Positions 23,751 to 36,900 of a DNA stretch of 64,000 nucleotides are shown here, piece after piece. The DNA is taken from contig CM121342.1 in NCBI GenBank assembly GCA_051530055.1, positions 4,215,489 through 4,279,488 on the forward strand, written 5' to 3'. Within the stretch, counting starts at the first letter, position 1; each line of letters begins with the position of its first letter. Source of the DNA: Neoechinorhynchus agilis (lineage: Eukaryota > Animalia > Acanthocephala). The notes below the pieces were generated by a model that was not told the DNA's origin, did not search any database, and saw only the letters and a program-made list of their open reading frames with translations. Made by a program: the position numbers and the translations under genes.

Positions 23751-24386
23751 CAAAGGAAAAATTCGTTTCGATGCGACTAAATGCGTAGATAAACTATTAT
23801 AGTTACGAGTGTAGATGTTAAGTCTTATTGATCGATAAATCCGTTACCGCTTTAAATGTTTGGAAATTCCTTTGAACAATACAACTGATGTGACTATTCG
23901 ACAACTGATTTGTTTTTTCGCAGTTTTATCCTCTCCTTCAAGGTGTTCATGTCGATGACGATGTTTGCGATCAACAAGGAAAACAAAAGACACTTTGATA
24001 TTTAAATGAACGTTTATCTTTAGAAACCAAAAAATTCATGAATTAAAAAAATGTAAACGTTCCTTTAGATCATCAACCGGTAAAGGCAATCGATTTAAAG
24101 GTATCCTTCTGACGATGAGATTTCGCGAGATTATAAGAAATCGCCCGTAAGTTTAAGAGGACAGAGGATTCGAATCAGAAGAAAATGTACAACTAATATT
24201 CTGGTTAGATGTCTTCATCATGCTATTTTCCGCGATTTCTGCCCAAATGATCCTTGGCAAATGTAAATAAACGATTTTATAAAGTTTTTTCTTGCTCTTT
24301 ATCACACGCTTTGAGAAAAAACCCATCATTAATCTAACTGAGAAAATAGAAAAAAGAGGAAGCTTAAAAAGCAGTTTAGTTAATCA

Positions 24387-27300
24387 TCATTTGAGTAACT
24401 CTTCATCCAGTCCAAGTGGCATTCGATCATTCGATCTCAACAACTTAATAGTCGATCTCAATGCCCTAAACATTTGAAGAAGAAGTTTTTGGGAAAGAGC
24501 TTACTCGAAACTCATGGGGCAGCGTAGGTGGCACAGCTTAGATTTGGTTTTTGAGATTGGACAGCATAAAAAGCAATGGTTTCTGGAACCCACTTTATTG
24601 CGAATAACTCTTGGCAACGGTTCTTCTTCTCGTGCAGACATTTTGTATGTCAAATAAGCGTAATCGAATTTCATTCTCGCATTTGCTCGATAACAAATAC
24701 CGTCCAAATGAGGAACTGGATAGCTTCCATTGAAATAACAAAATCCAGCATCAATGGGAGATTCTGAATTTCTTCGGTAAGGACATGATTCATCTTGGCC
24801 ACACTAAATATTGCCATTTTATGGGAAAACAATGTTTGGTCAATTAAAGAGAATATTTTTTATTAAAGACGTTTCGAACCTCATCGGATTCATAACAATT
24901 TTCTCAAGTAAAAACCTAAATAATACTTCTCATTACGTATTGACCAGCGGTTTCGCTCGCTTAAACGAAACTAAAATTTCAGTGAAAAATTATCAATTTT
25001 ATGAGAAATGAATTTCATAATTTTAGTGCACAGTTAGGCGAAAAATGAAGAACCTTTTCAAGGTTATCGCTCTTTTCTAAATTTAGTCATAATAACTAAA
25101 AAACTACGATGTTCACAGAACATGGATTTGCCGAGTTTAAATCACTTAAATTTAAGAAGGAGAAAGATTAAAAACTTTTAATATAGGTCAAATTCTAAAT
25201 GTTTTAATAGAAACCGGCGATACGTACGGGAGCAAAGATGTGAGCGTCTATTTGACTTTTAAGTTTCCTAAATTGAAAATCAATGGATTATTTATGATAG
25301 AAACTATAAAACCTGTCTTTACCAATGTAGAATTGAGTAAATATTTGCCGAATTGTATGAAGTATTCTGAACCCATCCGTTGTACCGGGCTCGACGAATA
25401 TCTATTTTGCGTTTGAGAGTGATATGAGCAAAAAGTATTGAAATTTGAAACTGTGAAGAACATTGGGAAACTGCAAACAAGAAAATTGTCCAATAATGAT
25501 GAAGAATATTTTCAATGACTAATTACTTTTTCCAAATTTAGTGTTTCATTAAAAGTAGAAAATGGGAAACAATTATGGAAAATTAATTAGGTCTTTGAAA
25601 AGTCCGTCAAAAAACCAAATAAAAAGAAGCAATCTCATTAGTAGTCCATATTTTTGTTAGATTTTTACTTAGCGATCAATAATATATTTTTTATCCGGGA
25701 TGCCAACAAAAAAAGATAGCCGTATAAACGGACATTGTTTATTCGAGAGAAAAAAGAGCACAAAACAAATGAGCTAAGCAAATAATATTTAAAAGGAACA
25801 TTTTAAAAGGTTTCATACCAGGTATCCGTTTGGCTTTACAAGTTTGATAAGACGAGCTACAAGTTTCCTCAGATACAACCGTCTTGTGGGTAATCCATAT
25901 CCACTCACAACAATATCACACGGTTCAACAAGTGAAGGAAAAAAGATCTTGTGATGCACACGATCGAGTTCATTGTGCTCGCTGTCTAGTGTTAGCCAGA
26001 CTTTACCGTCTTCTCGGTAATATCTTTCAATTTCTTTGCTCAATTTAAGAAGTTCGCGATCTGGCTCATGAAGAGTGTAACATTCGAACTTTACATTTGG
26101 CCAGATTTGACGGAAAGACCTAAACAATACAGTTCGTTAGCTTTAAAAAAACTATAAATTACGGCTGAATTCATGGACACACAACCCACCAATATGGTCA
26201 CGGAAACGCTGGTCCGGGCTAAATGCCCCTGAATCCCCCGGGATTCTCAGAAATCATCAAAATTATATTTCGTCCCCTTTTGTTGAGCCATAGGCGACCG
26301 TGGATTTTGGATCCTTTGGACGCTCAAACTGAAGTCACTTTCGAAAATCACAACGTAATTCGAATCTTCTCAGGAGTAAAATGCGAAATTTTATGATCTC
26401 CAACGCCGTTCATTGGCTTTTTAGTTAGAAATGTGGTTAGAAATAATCCACTGGAGATTATTTTGGATTTTATGGCTTTTTAAAACAGGGGATCGCCATT
26501 TACGAGGATATGGACCCTGTTTCCGCTCCAAAGTGCCCGAGCCAAGCAATCGAGAAGACCACTAAAACCTTTTAAGATGCTGATGAAGCGATATCTCAAT
26601 TCACAAAACAAACCACAAACCAAAAAACCTTTTAAGATGGCTGATGAAGCGATATCTCAATTAAAAAATATAAAAGTTCTCTAATTAGTGGACCTTTCGA
26701 AAATCACAACGTAATTCGAATCTTCTCAGGAGTAAAATGCGAAATTTTGTGATTTCCATCGCTGTTCATGGGCTTTTTGGTTAGAAATGTGGATAGAAAT
26801 AATCCACTGGAGATTATTTTGGATTTTATGGCTTTTTAAAACAGGGGATCGTCATTTACGAGGATTTGGACCCTGTTTCCGCTCCAAAGTGCCCGAGCCA
26901 AGCAATCGAGAAGACCACTAAAACCTTTTAAGATGACTGATGAAGCGATATCTCAATTAAAAAATATAAAAGTTCTCTAATTAGTGGACCTTTCGAAAAT
27001 CACAACGTAATTCGAATCTTCTCAGGAGTAAAATGCGAAATTTTGTGATTTCCATCGCTGTTCATGGGCTTTTTGGTTAGAAATGTGGATAGAAATAATC
27101 CACTGGAGATTATTTTGGATTTTATGGCTTTTTAAAACAGGGGATCGTCATTTACGAGGATTTGGACCCTGTTTCCGCTCCAAAGTGCCCGAGCCAAGCA
27201 ATCGAGAAGACCACTAAAACCTTTTAAGATGACTGATGAAGCGATATCTCAATTAAAAAATATAAAAGTTCTCTAATTAGTGGACCTTTCGAAAATCACA

Positions 27301-28255
27301 ACGTAATTCGAATCTTCTCAGGAGTAAAATGCGAAATTTTGTGATTTCCATCGCTGTTCATGGGCTTTTTAGTTAGAAATGTGGTTAGAAATAATCCACT
27401 GGAGATTATTTTGGATTTTATGGCTTTTTAAAACAGGGGATCGTCATTTACGAGGATATGGACCCTGTTTCCGCTCCAAAGTGCCCGAGCCAAGCAATCG
27501 AGAAGACCACTAAAACCTTTTAAGATGACTGATGAAGCGATATCTCAATTAAAAAATATAAAAGTTCTCTAATTAGTGAAATGGATGGATCTAAATTCGT
27601 TTCTAGCAACATTTTCCAAAAAAGATACGACTATTTGGCTAAATAGACATTGAATCCAAATTTAAATGTACATACCACAGGGACGATCCAACTCCACTTG
27701 AACAGTCAACGATATTCATAGGTTTAAAATTGTGGTCCCGAATCTTCATCTGTAGACGAAGAACAAAGCACTCATTTGATTGGTAAGCTAAAGTACCTCG
27801 TTGAACAAATGACAAAGAGCTGAGAACTTTTGAATCGCCGTAACATACAAATAACCAAGTGCGGAGTATCGAGAATATTTAATTCGCAACGTATCGGCCT
27901 GATCGATTTTTTCCACCCTCTTTGATCGAAAGAGTTTCTGAATAGCCAATGGAGTGCTCTTATCCCCATTCTTTGGAGTGACTAAACGTTGGCATCGTTT
28001 TAATTGTTCAAAAATCACAAGAGAATCCTTCATGAGTTGTCTACTGTCAGTTCCTGTGAGATTTTGTAAAAAAAATGAAATTAGACATTAACGACCCTAT
28101 AAACCTGCCGCAAGTTCGGTTATAGCCTTGTCGACGTAAAGGGGAAGATCGCCACTACATTTCGTCAAAGATTGTCTCGGTTTAACAAAACTTTTGGTCC
28201 ATTGAAGCAAAATATTCTCTAAATTAGCAAGCTTTTGCCTGCTGAGACTATGCAT
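24387..28255 (-). CDS. METTL17: METTL17/RSM22-family mitoribosome small-subunit assembly methyltransferase-like protein (429 aa, 8 exons: 28255-28105, 28053-27797, 27749-27676, 26119-25819, 25401-25313, 25267-25228, 24803-24505, 24465-24387)
   Basis: All intron phases agree (1290 nt). Motifs: IKYSRYSALGYL, FKPMNIVDCSSGVGSSLW, GYLIFVEPGTTDGF, HIFAPCGQDESCP and PRVIR..HCFLCCP. Confidence 0.88.
25006..25087. repeat. Short dispersed repeat; inverted copy at 39045-39131
   Basis: aaatgaatttcataattttagt...aaccttttcaaggttatcgctcttttctaaatttagt matches the reverse complement of 39045-39131 with few differences. Confidence 0.9.
26338..27578. repeat. Tandem array A4: 296-bp unit x4, inside METTL17 intron 3
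   Basis: ttcgaaaatcacaacgtaattcg recurs at 26340, 26696, 26992 and 27288. The first unit carries an extra ~60-nt partial duplication. Confidence 0.97.
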
Positions 28256-28640
28256 CGCGAATATTGCAACGATTAAAATGAATTTAAAATAAATTAATAA
28301 CACAAATCGGGACACGGCCCAATGTGACGTCACGAGATGCACACGGAAGAATTCAGATTCGCAATAGTGACGTTTACGGCGTCGTTAATTCATTAATTCT
28401 TTCGTAGGTATTAACTATGTTTTCTTGGTGATTGTACGTTTTGTACTTCAATTAATTCAAGAACTGTTAAAGCTATCGCAAATCTTAAAACAGATTTGGA
28501 ATCAGCGCGTTTTCTTTCTGACTTAATTTCAGTGATTTTATTTCCCTGGTATTAACGTCGGATAATTGCCATATTTTTCCAAGGCTTGTGTTAGGTTGCC
28601 TAAGTGTCGAAATTATGAAACGTTAAATATCGAGGAAATG

Positions 28641-29770
28641 AATCAGTGAACTTTAATCCGGGGTGGCGAAACTAAGAAAAAGAAAGTATCGTTCTCTCCG
28701 AAGATCACAATCCGAGAAATCTTTTAATCGTTCCTTTTATTAGTTTTACCACCCCTCGGATTTGAATTCACTGCCTGAATTATCAGACGAGAAGTGAAAT
28801 ATCGGCGATAAATAAATCAGTGAATTTTTGAATCCCCAAAGTGGCGAAACTAAGAAAAAGAAAGTATCTTTTCCTCCTCCGAAGATAATAATCCAAGAAA
28901 TCTTTTTAACTTTCTTTTTCTTAATTTTGCCTCCCCTCGGATTTTATTTCACTGCCTGAATTATCAGACGAGAAGTGAAATTTCGGTGATAAATAAATCA
29001 GTGAATTTTTGAATCCCCAAAGTGGCACAACTAAGAAAAAGAAAGTCTCTTTTCCTCCCCCGAAGATAATAATCCAAGAAATCTTTTTAACTTTCTTTTA
29101 GTTTTGCCACCCCCGGATTTGAATTCACTGCCTGAATTATCAGACGAGAAGTGAAATTTCGGAGATAAATAAATCAGTGAATTTTTGAATCCCCAAAGTG
29201 GCAAAACTAAGAAAAGAAAGTATCTTTTCCTCCCCCGAAGATAATAATCCAAGAAATCTTTTTAACTTTCTTTTAGTTTTGCCTCCCCCGGATTTTATTT
29301 CACTGCCTGAATTATCAGACGAGAAGTGAAATTTCGGGATAAATAACAGTGAATTTTTGAATCCCCAAAGTGGCACAACTAAGAAAAGAAAGTTCTTTTC
29401 CTCCCCCGAAGATAATAATCCAAGAAATCTTTTTAACTTTCTTTTTCTTAGTTTTGCCTCCCCTCGGATTTGAATTCACTGCCTGAATTATCAGACGAGA
29501 AGTGAAATTTCGGAGATAAATAAGCCAGTGAATTTTTGAATCCCCAAAGTGGCAAAACTAAGAAAAGAAAGTATCTTTCCCTCCCCCGAAGATAATAATC
29601 CAAGAAATCTTTTTAGCTTTCTTTTTCTTAGTTTTGCCTCCCCTCGGATTTTATTTCACTGCCTGAATTATCAGACGAGAAGTGAAATTTTGGAGATAGA
29701 TAAATCAGTGAATTTTTGAATCCCCAAAGTGGCACAACTAAGAAAAGAAAGTATCTTTTCCCCGAAGATT
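28641..29770. repeat. Tandem array A5: ~173-181-bp unit x~6.3, each unit a long imperfect hairpin
   Basis: aatcagtgaa recurs at 28641, 28815, 28996, 29172, ~29345, ~29523 and 29703. Internal inverted arms run cagtg...ggcaaaactaagaaaagaaag / ctttc..ttcttagttttgcc...cactg. Confidence 0.96.
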
Positions 29771-30239
29771 ATAATACATGCTATTGAGTTTAGTGGATTT
29801 AAAAAATGCTACCGTTTTAGTCTTATCGTTTGTGTTACTTCCAAGTGTTTGCTGTGTTGTAATTTGCAATAAAAATAGTGAAATTGCACTTTGACCATTC
29901 AAATGTGTTATGAGTTTAGCCGAAAAATATTGCCTTTTTTGAGACCGGCAAAAGGTCTTTAAATCTCACGTTGGATCATTTTATTCGAATTTAGCAGAAT
30001 CTCACTGCCGTTCATTTTAGAACGCAATTTAACGGGGGTTTTAAAAGTAACTCTTTGAAATTTTTGGCGATTTTGCCTTGGCAATGCTCAAACGATCAAA
30101 TCAAATTTTCGTTAATCTCCCATAAAAAGAAGCTTTATTAGCAAACAGATTCTGCCCTGTGGGTTTAGAGGCAAGAGATATCGATGTATAAAATGATAAA
30201 TTAAAAATACGAAGAGATTTTTGACGACATTTCAATAAA

Positions 30240-30570
30240 ATCAGTCCTGGTAGCGAGAATTCATAACTCTTTAATTCCAGATTCTCGTGACCTGGTGAAC
30301 CGATCACGATTTGCGGCAGCCTCAACTCGAGAATTGGGTCCTTGGCTCAATGGTCTACCAATCACCCTTCTCTCCAACGAGACATTGAAGGTCGCAATGT
30401 CTTTGAGACTCCGATGTGTACATCCCGTCGCTGCCAACCTAGAGCCAAATAATTCTTTGCTGACTCGATAGCCGTCGTAGACCGGACGGTGTCACAGTAT
30501 TCCCGTGGTCATTCGCCCGCATCCAACCGCCGCAGATGAACGCAAGAAGACTAAATACGGCGACCTGGGT
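30240..30570 (+). mobile_element. Internally deleted CRE fragment
   Basis: Encodes RFAAASTRELGPWLNGLP, RRPDGVTVFPW and AADERKKTKYGDL; homologous to 17346-18210. Confidence 0.85.
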
Positions 30571-31294
30571 CATTGCGGCACAGACAAGTCACTGATGATC
30601 CGAAACCATAAATCCTGACTCCGCGGCTTCCGTCCATTGCTTGAAATCAGCATCTTTTTTCCTCGACTTGCGAAAAATAATATCTTGTACCTGAACTTTT
30701 CTCGAGATCGTTGCAGAGATACGGATATAAGGAAGACACAATTATCGTTTACTCATATCAACACAGTTTATAACGTTGGAAAATCAACAAGATCCGAAAT
30801 TCAAGGACTTCGCTACGGAAAAATGAAGGCGTCCAAATGGGTATAAAGATCAAATACGTGACTATTTTCTGCAAGTACGCTAAAATTATGTAATTCTTCC
30901 CCAATTTTCCCCTTTTAAGCTACTTCCCCCGCATTGTAGCTTTACAAATTCGGTCCGATCCCGATTGATTTTGATAAACGACTTTCTACTGCATTTCGAA
31001 AGAGGAAGCATCTCCTTATGTCATGAGCAATTTGAAAAGGTATTGCTTAATCCGAACTGATTTCCATTATCTAATTCCTCTAATTCTACTATTGGATTAA
31101 ACACTACGTTTATAGAAGAAATCTTTTCAAATTTTTTTACTAGTAACTACGAAAAGTCTTGTTTCTACGAGGAACCAAGCGGAAATTCTTCTATTCATAA
31201 GCACGATTTCCACAGGTTGTAAAGTGAAAACCAAAATCATGCAATCTAATCTTTACGAGTGCACTGCGGACTATCCATGACTTATTTTGAGGAA

Positions 31295-32811
31295 CCATTT
31301 AGTCTCATCCCTGAACCCCACGTTTTGCCCAGATTTTGTGTCACTTGCAACAAAGAAGCTTTGCCTACGTCATAATACTCAGCATTTAAACCATTTCGAA
31401 TCATTTTTCCATATAAACCTATCGAAAATGTGTTTATTGCCCAACTTTGCTTACGTCACCACAATTATCATTTTTTACGCGATGCTCTTCTCTCATGCAA
31501 TAGTACAATAATTTAGTCTCATCCCTTAACCCCACGTTTTGTCCAGATTTTGTGTCACTTGCAACAAAGAAGCTTTGCCTACGTCATAATACTCAGCATT
31601 TAAACCATTTCGAATCATTTTTCCATATAAACCTATCGAAAATGTGTTTATTGCCCAACTTTGCTTACGTCACCACAATTATCATTTTTTACGCGATGCT
31701 CTTCTCTCATGCAATAGTACAACCATTTAGTCTCATCCCTGAACCCCACGTTTTGTCCAGATTTTGTGTCACTTGCAACAAAGAAGCTTTGCCTACGTCA
31801 TAATACTCAGCATTTAAACCATTTCGAATCATTTTTCCATATAAACTTATCGAAAATGTGTTTATTGCCCAACTTTGCTACGTCACCACAATTATCATTT
31901 TTTACGCGATGCTCTTCTCTCATGCAATAGTACAACCATTTAGTCTCATCCCTTAACCCCACGTTTTGTCCAGATTTTGTGTCACTTGCAACAAAGAAGC
32001 TTTGCCTACGTCATAATACTCAGCATTTAAACCATTTCGAATCATTTTTCCATATAAACCTATCGAAAATGTGTTTATTGCCCAACTTTGCTTACGTCAC
32101 CACAATTATCATTTTTTACGCGATGCTCTTCTCTCATGCAATAGTACAACCATTTAGTCTCATCCCTTAACCCCACGTTTTGTCCAGATTTTGTGTCACT
32201 TGCAACAAAGAAGCTTTGCCTACGTCATAATACTCAGCATTTAAACCATTTCGAATCATTTTTCCATATAAACTTATCGAAAATGTGTTTATTGCCCAAC
32301 TTTGCTTACGTCACCACAATTATCATTTTTTACGCGATGCTCTTCTCTCATGCAATAGTACAACCATTTAGTCTCATCCCTGAACCCCACGTTTTGTCCA
32401 GATTTTGTGTCACTTGCAACAAAGAAGCTTTGCCTACGTCATAATACTCAGCATTTAAACCATTTCGAATCATTTTTCCATATAAACTTATCGAAAATGT
32501 GTTTATTGCCCAACTTTGCTTACGTCACCACAATTATCATTTTTTACGCGATGCTCTTCTCTCATGCAATAGTACAATAATTTAGTCTCATCCCTGAACC
32601 CCACGTTTTGTCCAGATTTTGTGTCACTTGCAACAAAGAAGCTTTGCCTACGTCATAATACTCAGCATTTAAACCATTTCGAATCATTTTTCCATATAAA
32701 CTTATCGAAAATGTGTTTATTGCCCAACTTTGCTTACGTCACCACAATTATCATTTTTTACGCGATGCTCTTCTCTCATGCAATAGTACAACCATTTAGT
32801 CTCATCCCTGA
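31295..32811. repeat. Tandem array A6: 214-bp unit x7, plus ~20 bp terminal redundancy
   Basis: atttagtctcatccct recurs at 31297, 31511, 31725, 31938, 32152, 32366, 32580 and 32794. Confidence 0.98.
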
Positions 32812-33902
32812 ATTTCTCATTGTTCAATAACTCGGAACATTGAACGCTTCAATCAACAACAGCAACCGTAAACTTCTCTACGTGCTTAGAGAGCTTTCAA
32901 TTGCGTCATCAACTAAGCATTCTTCGCTTTTAAGATTAGTTGATATGCCTAACGCTTCCAGAAAAATCTCCAGCGGACAATGGGAAGTTGCTCCCAAAGC
33001 CCTCCTCTTCCACTTCCACCTCGGCCGCTCCTCCTATCTTCACCGTGAACACTTTCAAAAACGAAGACAATCCTGGAACAAATTCTCGGATTTCGAAATT
33101 GCACACCGACTGCGATTTTAATTTAACGGAAAAAGAAAGCATTTGATGTTATGAAAACGTTTGGGGACACTAAAGATGAAGTTACTATTTTTATTTTTTC
33201 CTATAAACTCAGTCGCTTGATCAACGGAGAGTTGTAAAGAGAATAAAGTTCATTAACTTCATTTAAAGTTTGTTTTCCGGATTTTTAAACAAAGTTCGAC
33301 AAAAGATCCATAAACACTGAACAGACTTGCTCGCGTGACACTTTTGGGTCCGCATATCGAATATTTGCTATTCGATATATCAATGGTTTCAGACTATTTT
33401 GCGCCTTAAATTAAGGTAAAATTTATACGTAGGTCCACATTGCAAACTTTTCGATTTTTTTGGGACTAAATAATGGTCATTCTGACATTTGTCTTTGCTG
33501 GTCAAATAGATTGTCGTTTTGAGTTGGATAGAGAATTGTGTTTCGGTTGTAGATTATTTAAAGTCCGCAAAACAGAGTAGCTTTGTGCTACAATAAGATC
33601 TTTGGGAAAGAATACCTTGAAGATTTATATCCTTTAATTCGACTCGTAAGGGAAAACACATTTTGGTGCTTAATGATTTGTAATTAAGGACACGTTGTGA
33701 AATCCTATACTCTCGATTATAACTTTTTTTAAACCTCAGTTAAAAACGTATCGCATCAACAACTTGTTATAAGTTCTTTAGAAAACTGTTTTGCTTCTGT
33801 TTAAACTCTGTTGGCAAACAATGTTGAGTTCAGCGTGAGTATATTACTATGCGACACTGTATAGTTCGTCGACAAGTCTCATAGTGATAGAACTAAAACG
33901 CA

Positions 33903-36900
33903 ATGATCAGCTTCAAAGTTCAGGATATACCAAATATTGCATCTGGAAGCAATCTTCTTTCGAAACTTTATTTTGCGTTTGTAACTATTCCTTAAAATGT
34001 CTTTAAACTGAAACATTTCTTAGGTATATCGCACCAATCTTTTTCCGCATTCATAGACCTCTCCACGAAACGGACATTTCTGGATTACCTGAGAAAAGAA
34101 GAGTATCGCAAACTGCCAGGGAAATTGAACGGTATTAAAAAAATTGTGGAATTAATTTTTATTTTCGACAGGAGATGGAAAAATCAACTATCTTCAAAAA
34201 GGCGTAGTCTTACACGAATATTTCTCTGCGTATTTCTCAAACAAATGATACTGTCGACGTTCCTCAGCATATTAGAGGTCAGCATTTCCGACCACTTTTA
34301 AAACTGTACCACTTTAGCCTTTTCATTTGTTGAAACAAAATTGATATCCTTTAGATTTTTTCAATTCGCGACATGCGTAAGTGCCCGCTTTCCATTAAGT
34401 AAAAAATAGTGGAAAATTCTTTAATTCTTCATTTTTTGTGTCGTTTTAAAATGGGCAAACTCTTTCAATTTATTTGTTTCATGTCTCCTCAAACAGGCCG
34501 CACTTCTTCTCGCGATGATCCCTATATTCGGTCGAATCCTCCAATATCTAAAAGGAGAAATTACAGACAATCGTGCATGGATCTTCTTGATATCTCACAT
34601 TTCATTATTTCACGCAAGTTCACTTGCGAGTTGTTGGTCGCTGTACGAATCACTTTGTCTTGGTTTCGAAGCAAGAGCGGCTTTTACGAGATTGGTGTAT
34701 GCAAAGGTCGGAAATTTTGGGAATGATAGAAATTGCGCAATTTCTTGTCTACAACTTCTAGTGCTTGAAGCTTTCTCTTCATCAATGTGATAAAGTCGAA
34801 TCGGGACATCTTAGCAGTCTCATAAGTACCGATAGTTACTCGTTTGACATGTTTGCACAATATGGTATTCGAGTTCTTGGAAGCAGTTTGAAGTTTATTA
34901 TGGTATTTACATTCTGCTACTTTTGCATTGACACATTCGCTGCGATCGCGATATGCGTCTATCTCATTGCTTATGCACTTTTACCTTTCTATCTTATTGG
35001 CCTACGACTAATTAGGTTAGCCAATGAATGTGTAAGACAGGTTTTAATTTTTTTGTAGGAAACGAGTTAACAGGCAAGTGGATAAGAGACTGAGCAATCT
35101 CGCCATATATTGCCGCTTCGCTCAAACCCTTAAAATGTGCTGTTTGGATACAGTTATATATAAAGTGATGTGCCGATTAAATAAGAAGGAGACGTTCTTC
35201 TGCGCACTGAAAAATATTGTGGAAGCTATCGCTTTTACACTGCCGATTTTACTTCACTCATTTGTCACACTGACGTATATTGTAATAAGCTTTAAAGCTC
35301 ACGGATGTCTGCCAAAAGGAGTAAAGGTGTTCCAATTGATCGCGGTGTCTCCCGTTTTGCGAATTAATTTTGGATGTGATGTAATTCGATTCTACACTCG
35401 CTTCTCCGAAATTAAGCTCGCCATTGAAAGGTTACAGGTACGATTTGTTTCTTCGGGTAAAAAAAGATTTGCATTTGTATTCAGAAACTGGCCGAGGATG
35501 TTGATCTTAATCGCGATCATATAATTCGTCGATCAGAAAGCGTTAAGACTGATTCAAATTATGCTGCAGAATTGTCGTCTTTAAGTTCATCGTGGGACAA
35601 TGAGGTATGTAGCTTAGTCTTCTTTATTCCCTTTAACCTTTAATTTATTCTATTTAGGCTCCTTTGATTAATCTTAGAAATATTTCGTTAAAAATTGCAA
35701 AGGGAACTTTGACTTATATTGTCGGACCATCGAAATCAGGAAAAACGTCTCTGCTTTACTCAATATTGAACGAATTGCAAATTGTAAGCGGTAGTGTAAA
35801 CATCCATGGAACCGTCTCCATCAGCACTCAAACTCCGTGGCTGTTTTCGGGCACAATTCGACAGAATATAATATTCACCTCGAGACCGAATGTAGAGCGG
35901 TATAAAGCGGTTATTTATGCCTGTTGCTTAATTGAGGTTTTTTATTATTTTTTGATTTCAAACACTATAATGAATCACTTTCCTGTTCAGGATCTAAATG
36001 CTTTACCCAAAAAAGATCTTACGATTATCGGTGATGGTGGAAGTGGTTTAAGTGGTGGACAAAAGGCGAGAGTTTCATTGGCCAGAGCTATTTACAAAGA
36101 TGCTGACTTGTATCTTCTTGATGATTCTTTGACTGCAGTTGATTATAAAACGAGGAGACATATTTTAAAGCAGTTAGTATTTGCCTTAAATAATTTCAAA
36201 ACGAGATTTCAATCGAACTTAATGTAGTTGCATTCGAATATTTCTAAAAAACAAAACTGTATTATACTGCGCCTCCAAGGTCCTGGACGCCGGCCGAGCC
36301 GCCACAGTCGTAACTCTCAAATACGTACGACTTTGATTTCTTTAAAAGCAACCAAATCAATATCGTAGGGTTCAATTGACTGTTTGAACGAACAAGCAGC
36401 TTCAAACTCCGACGATGATTCCGATTCATCACATACTGAGCAAGGTTACGATTTCGAATTAATCACTCTGGAAAATGTGGCTCGGCGATACTCAATGTGT
36501 TCACAGCATGAAGAATCCGAAGTAGGCGGTTTTACTCTCAAGCCAAGAACTGTGGATGCCGTGAGCTGGATGAAACTACTATGGAAATTATTGACACCGA
36601 ACAAAATCGGAGCCGCTATTGTCCCTTTTTTATTTCTATTTTGGTGCGGATCACATTCTTTTCGCATTCTATCAGAATACTGGCTTTCTCGTTGGCTCTC
36701 TACTAAAAACGAAAATGGTACAAGGCTGCTAAGTGACAACGCTTATAAGGCTTTCTATCTAGGTTCGCTGATTTTAAATCGATTTGTTATTTACTAATTT
36801 TTATAGGTTATCTCCTCGGATTTTTAATCTGTGCTGGTATTGTTCTATTTATCATCGCCACCATGATTGGCTACGACACATTCTATGCTCATTCAAAGAG

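Noticed and set aside
30600-33146. Possible plus-strand gene spanning array A6, with a Ser/Thr-rich last exon at 32940-33146
   Set aside because: Candidate exons could not be joined consistently; no homology recognised.
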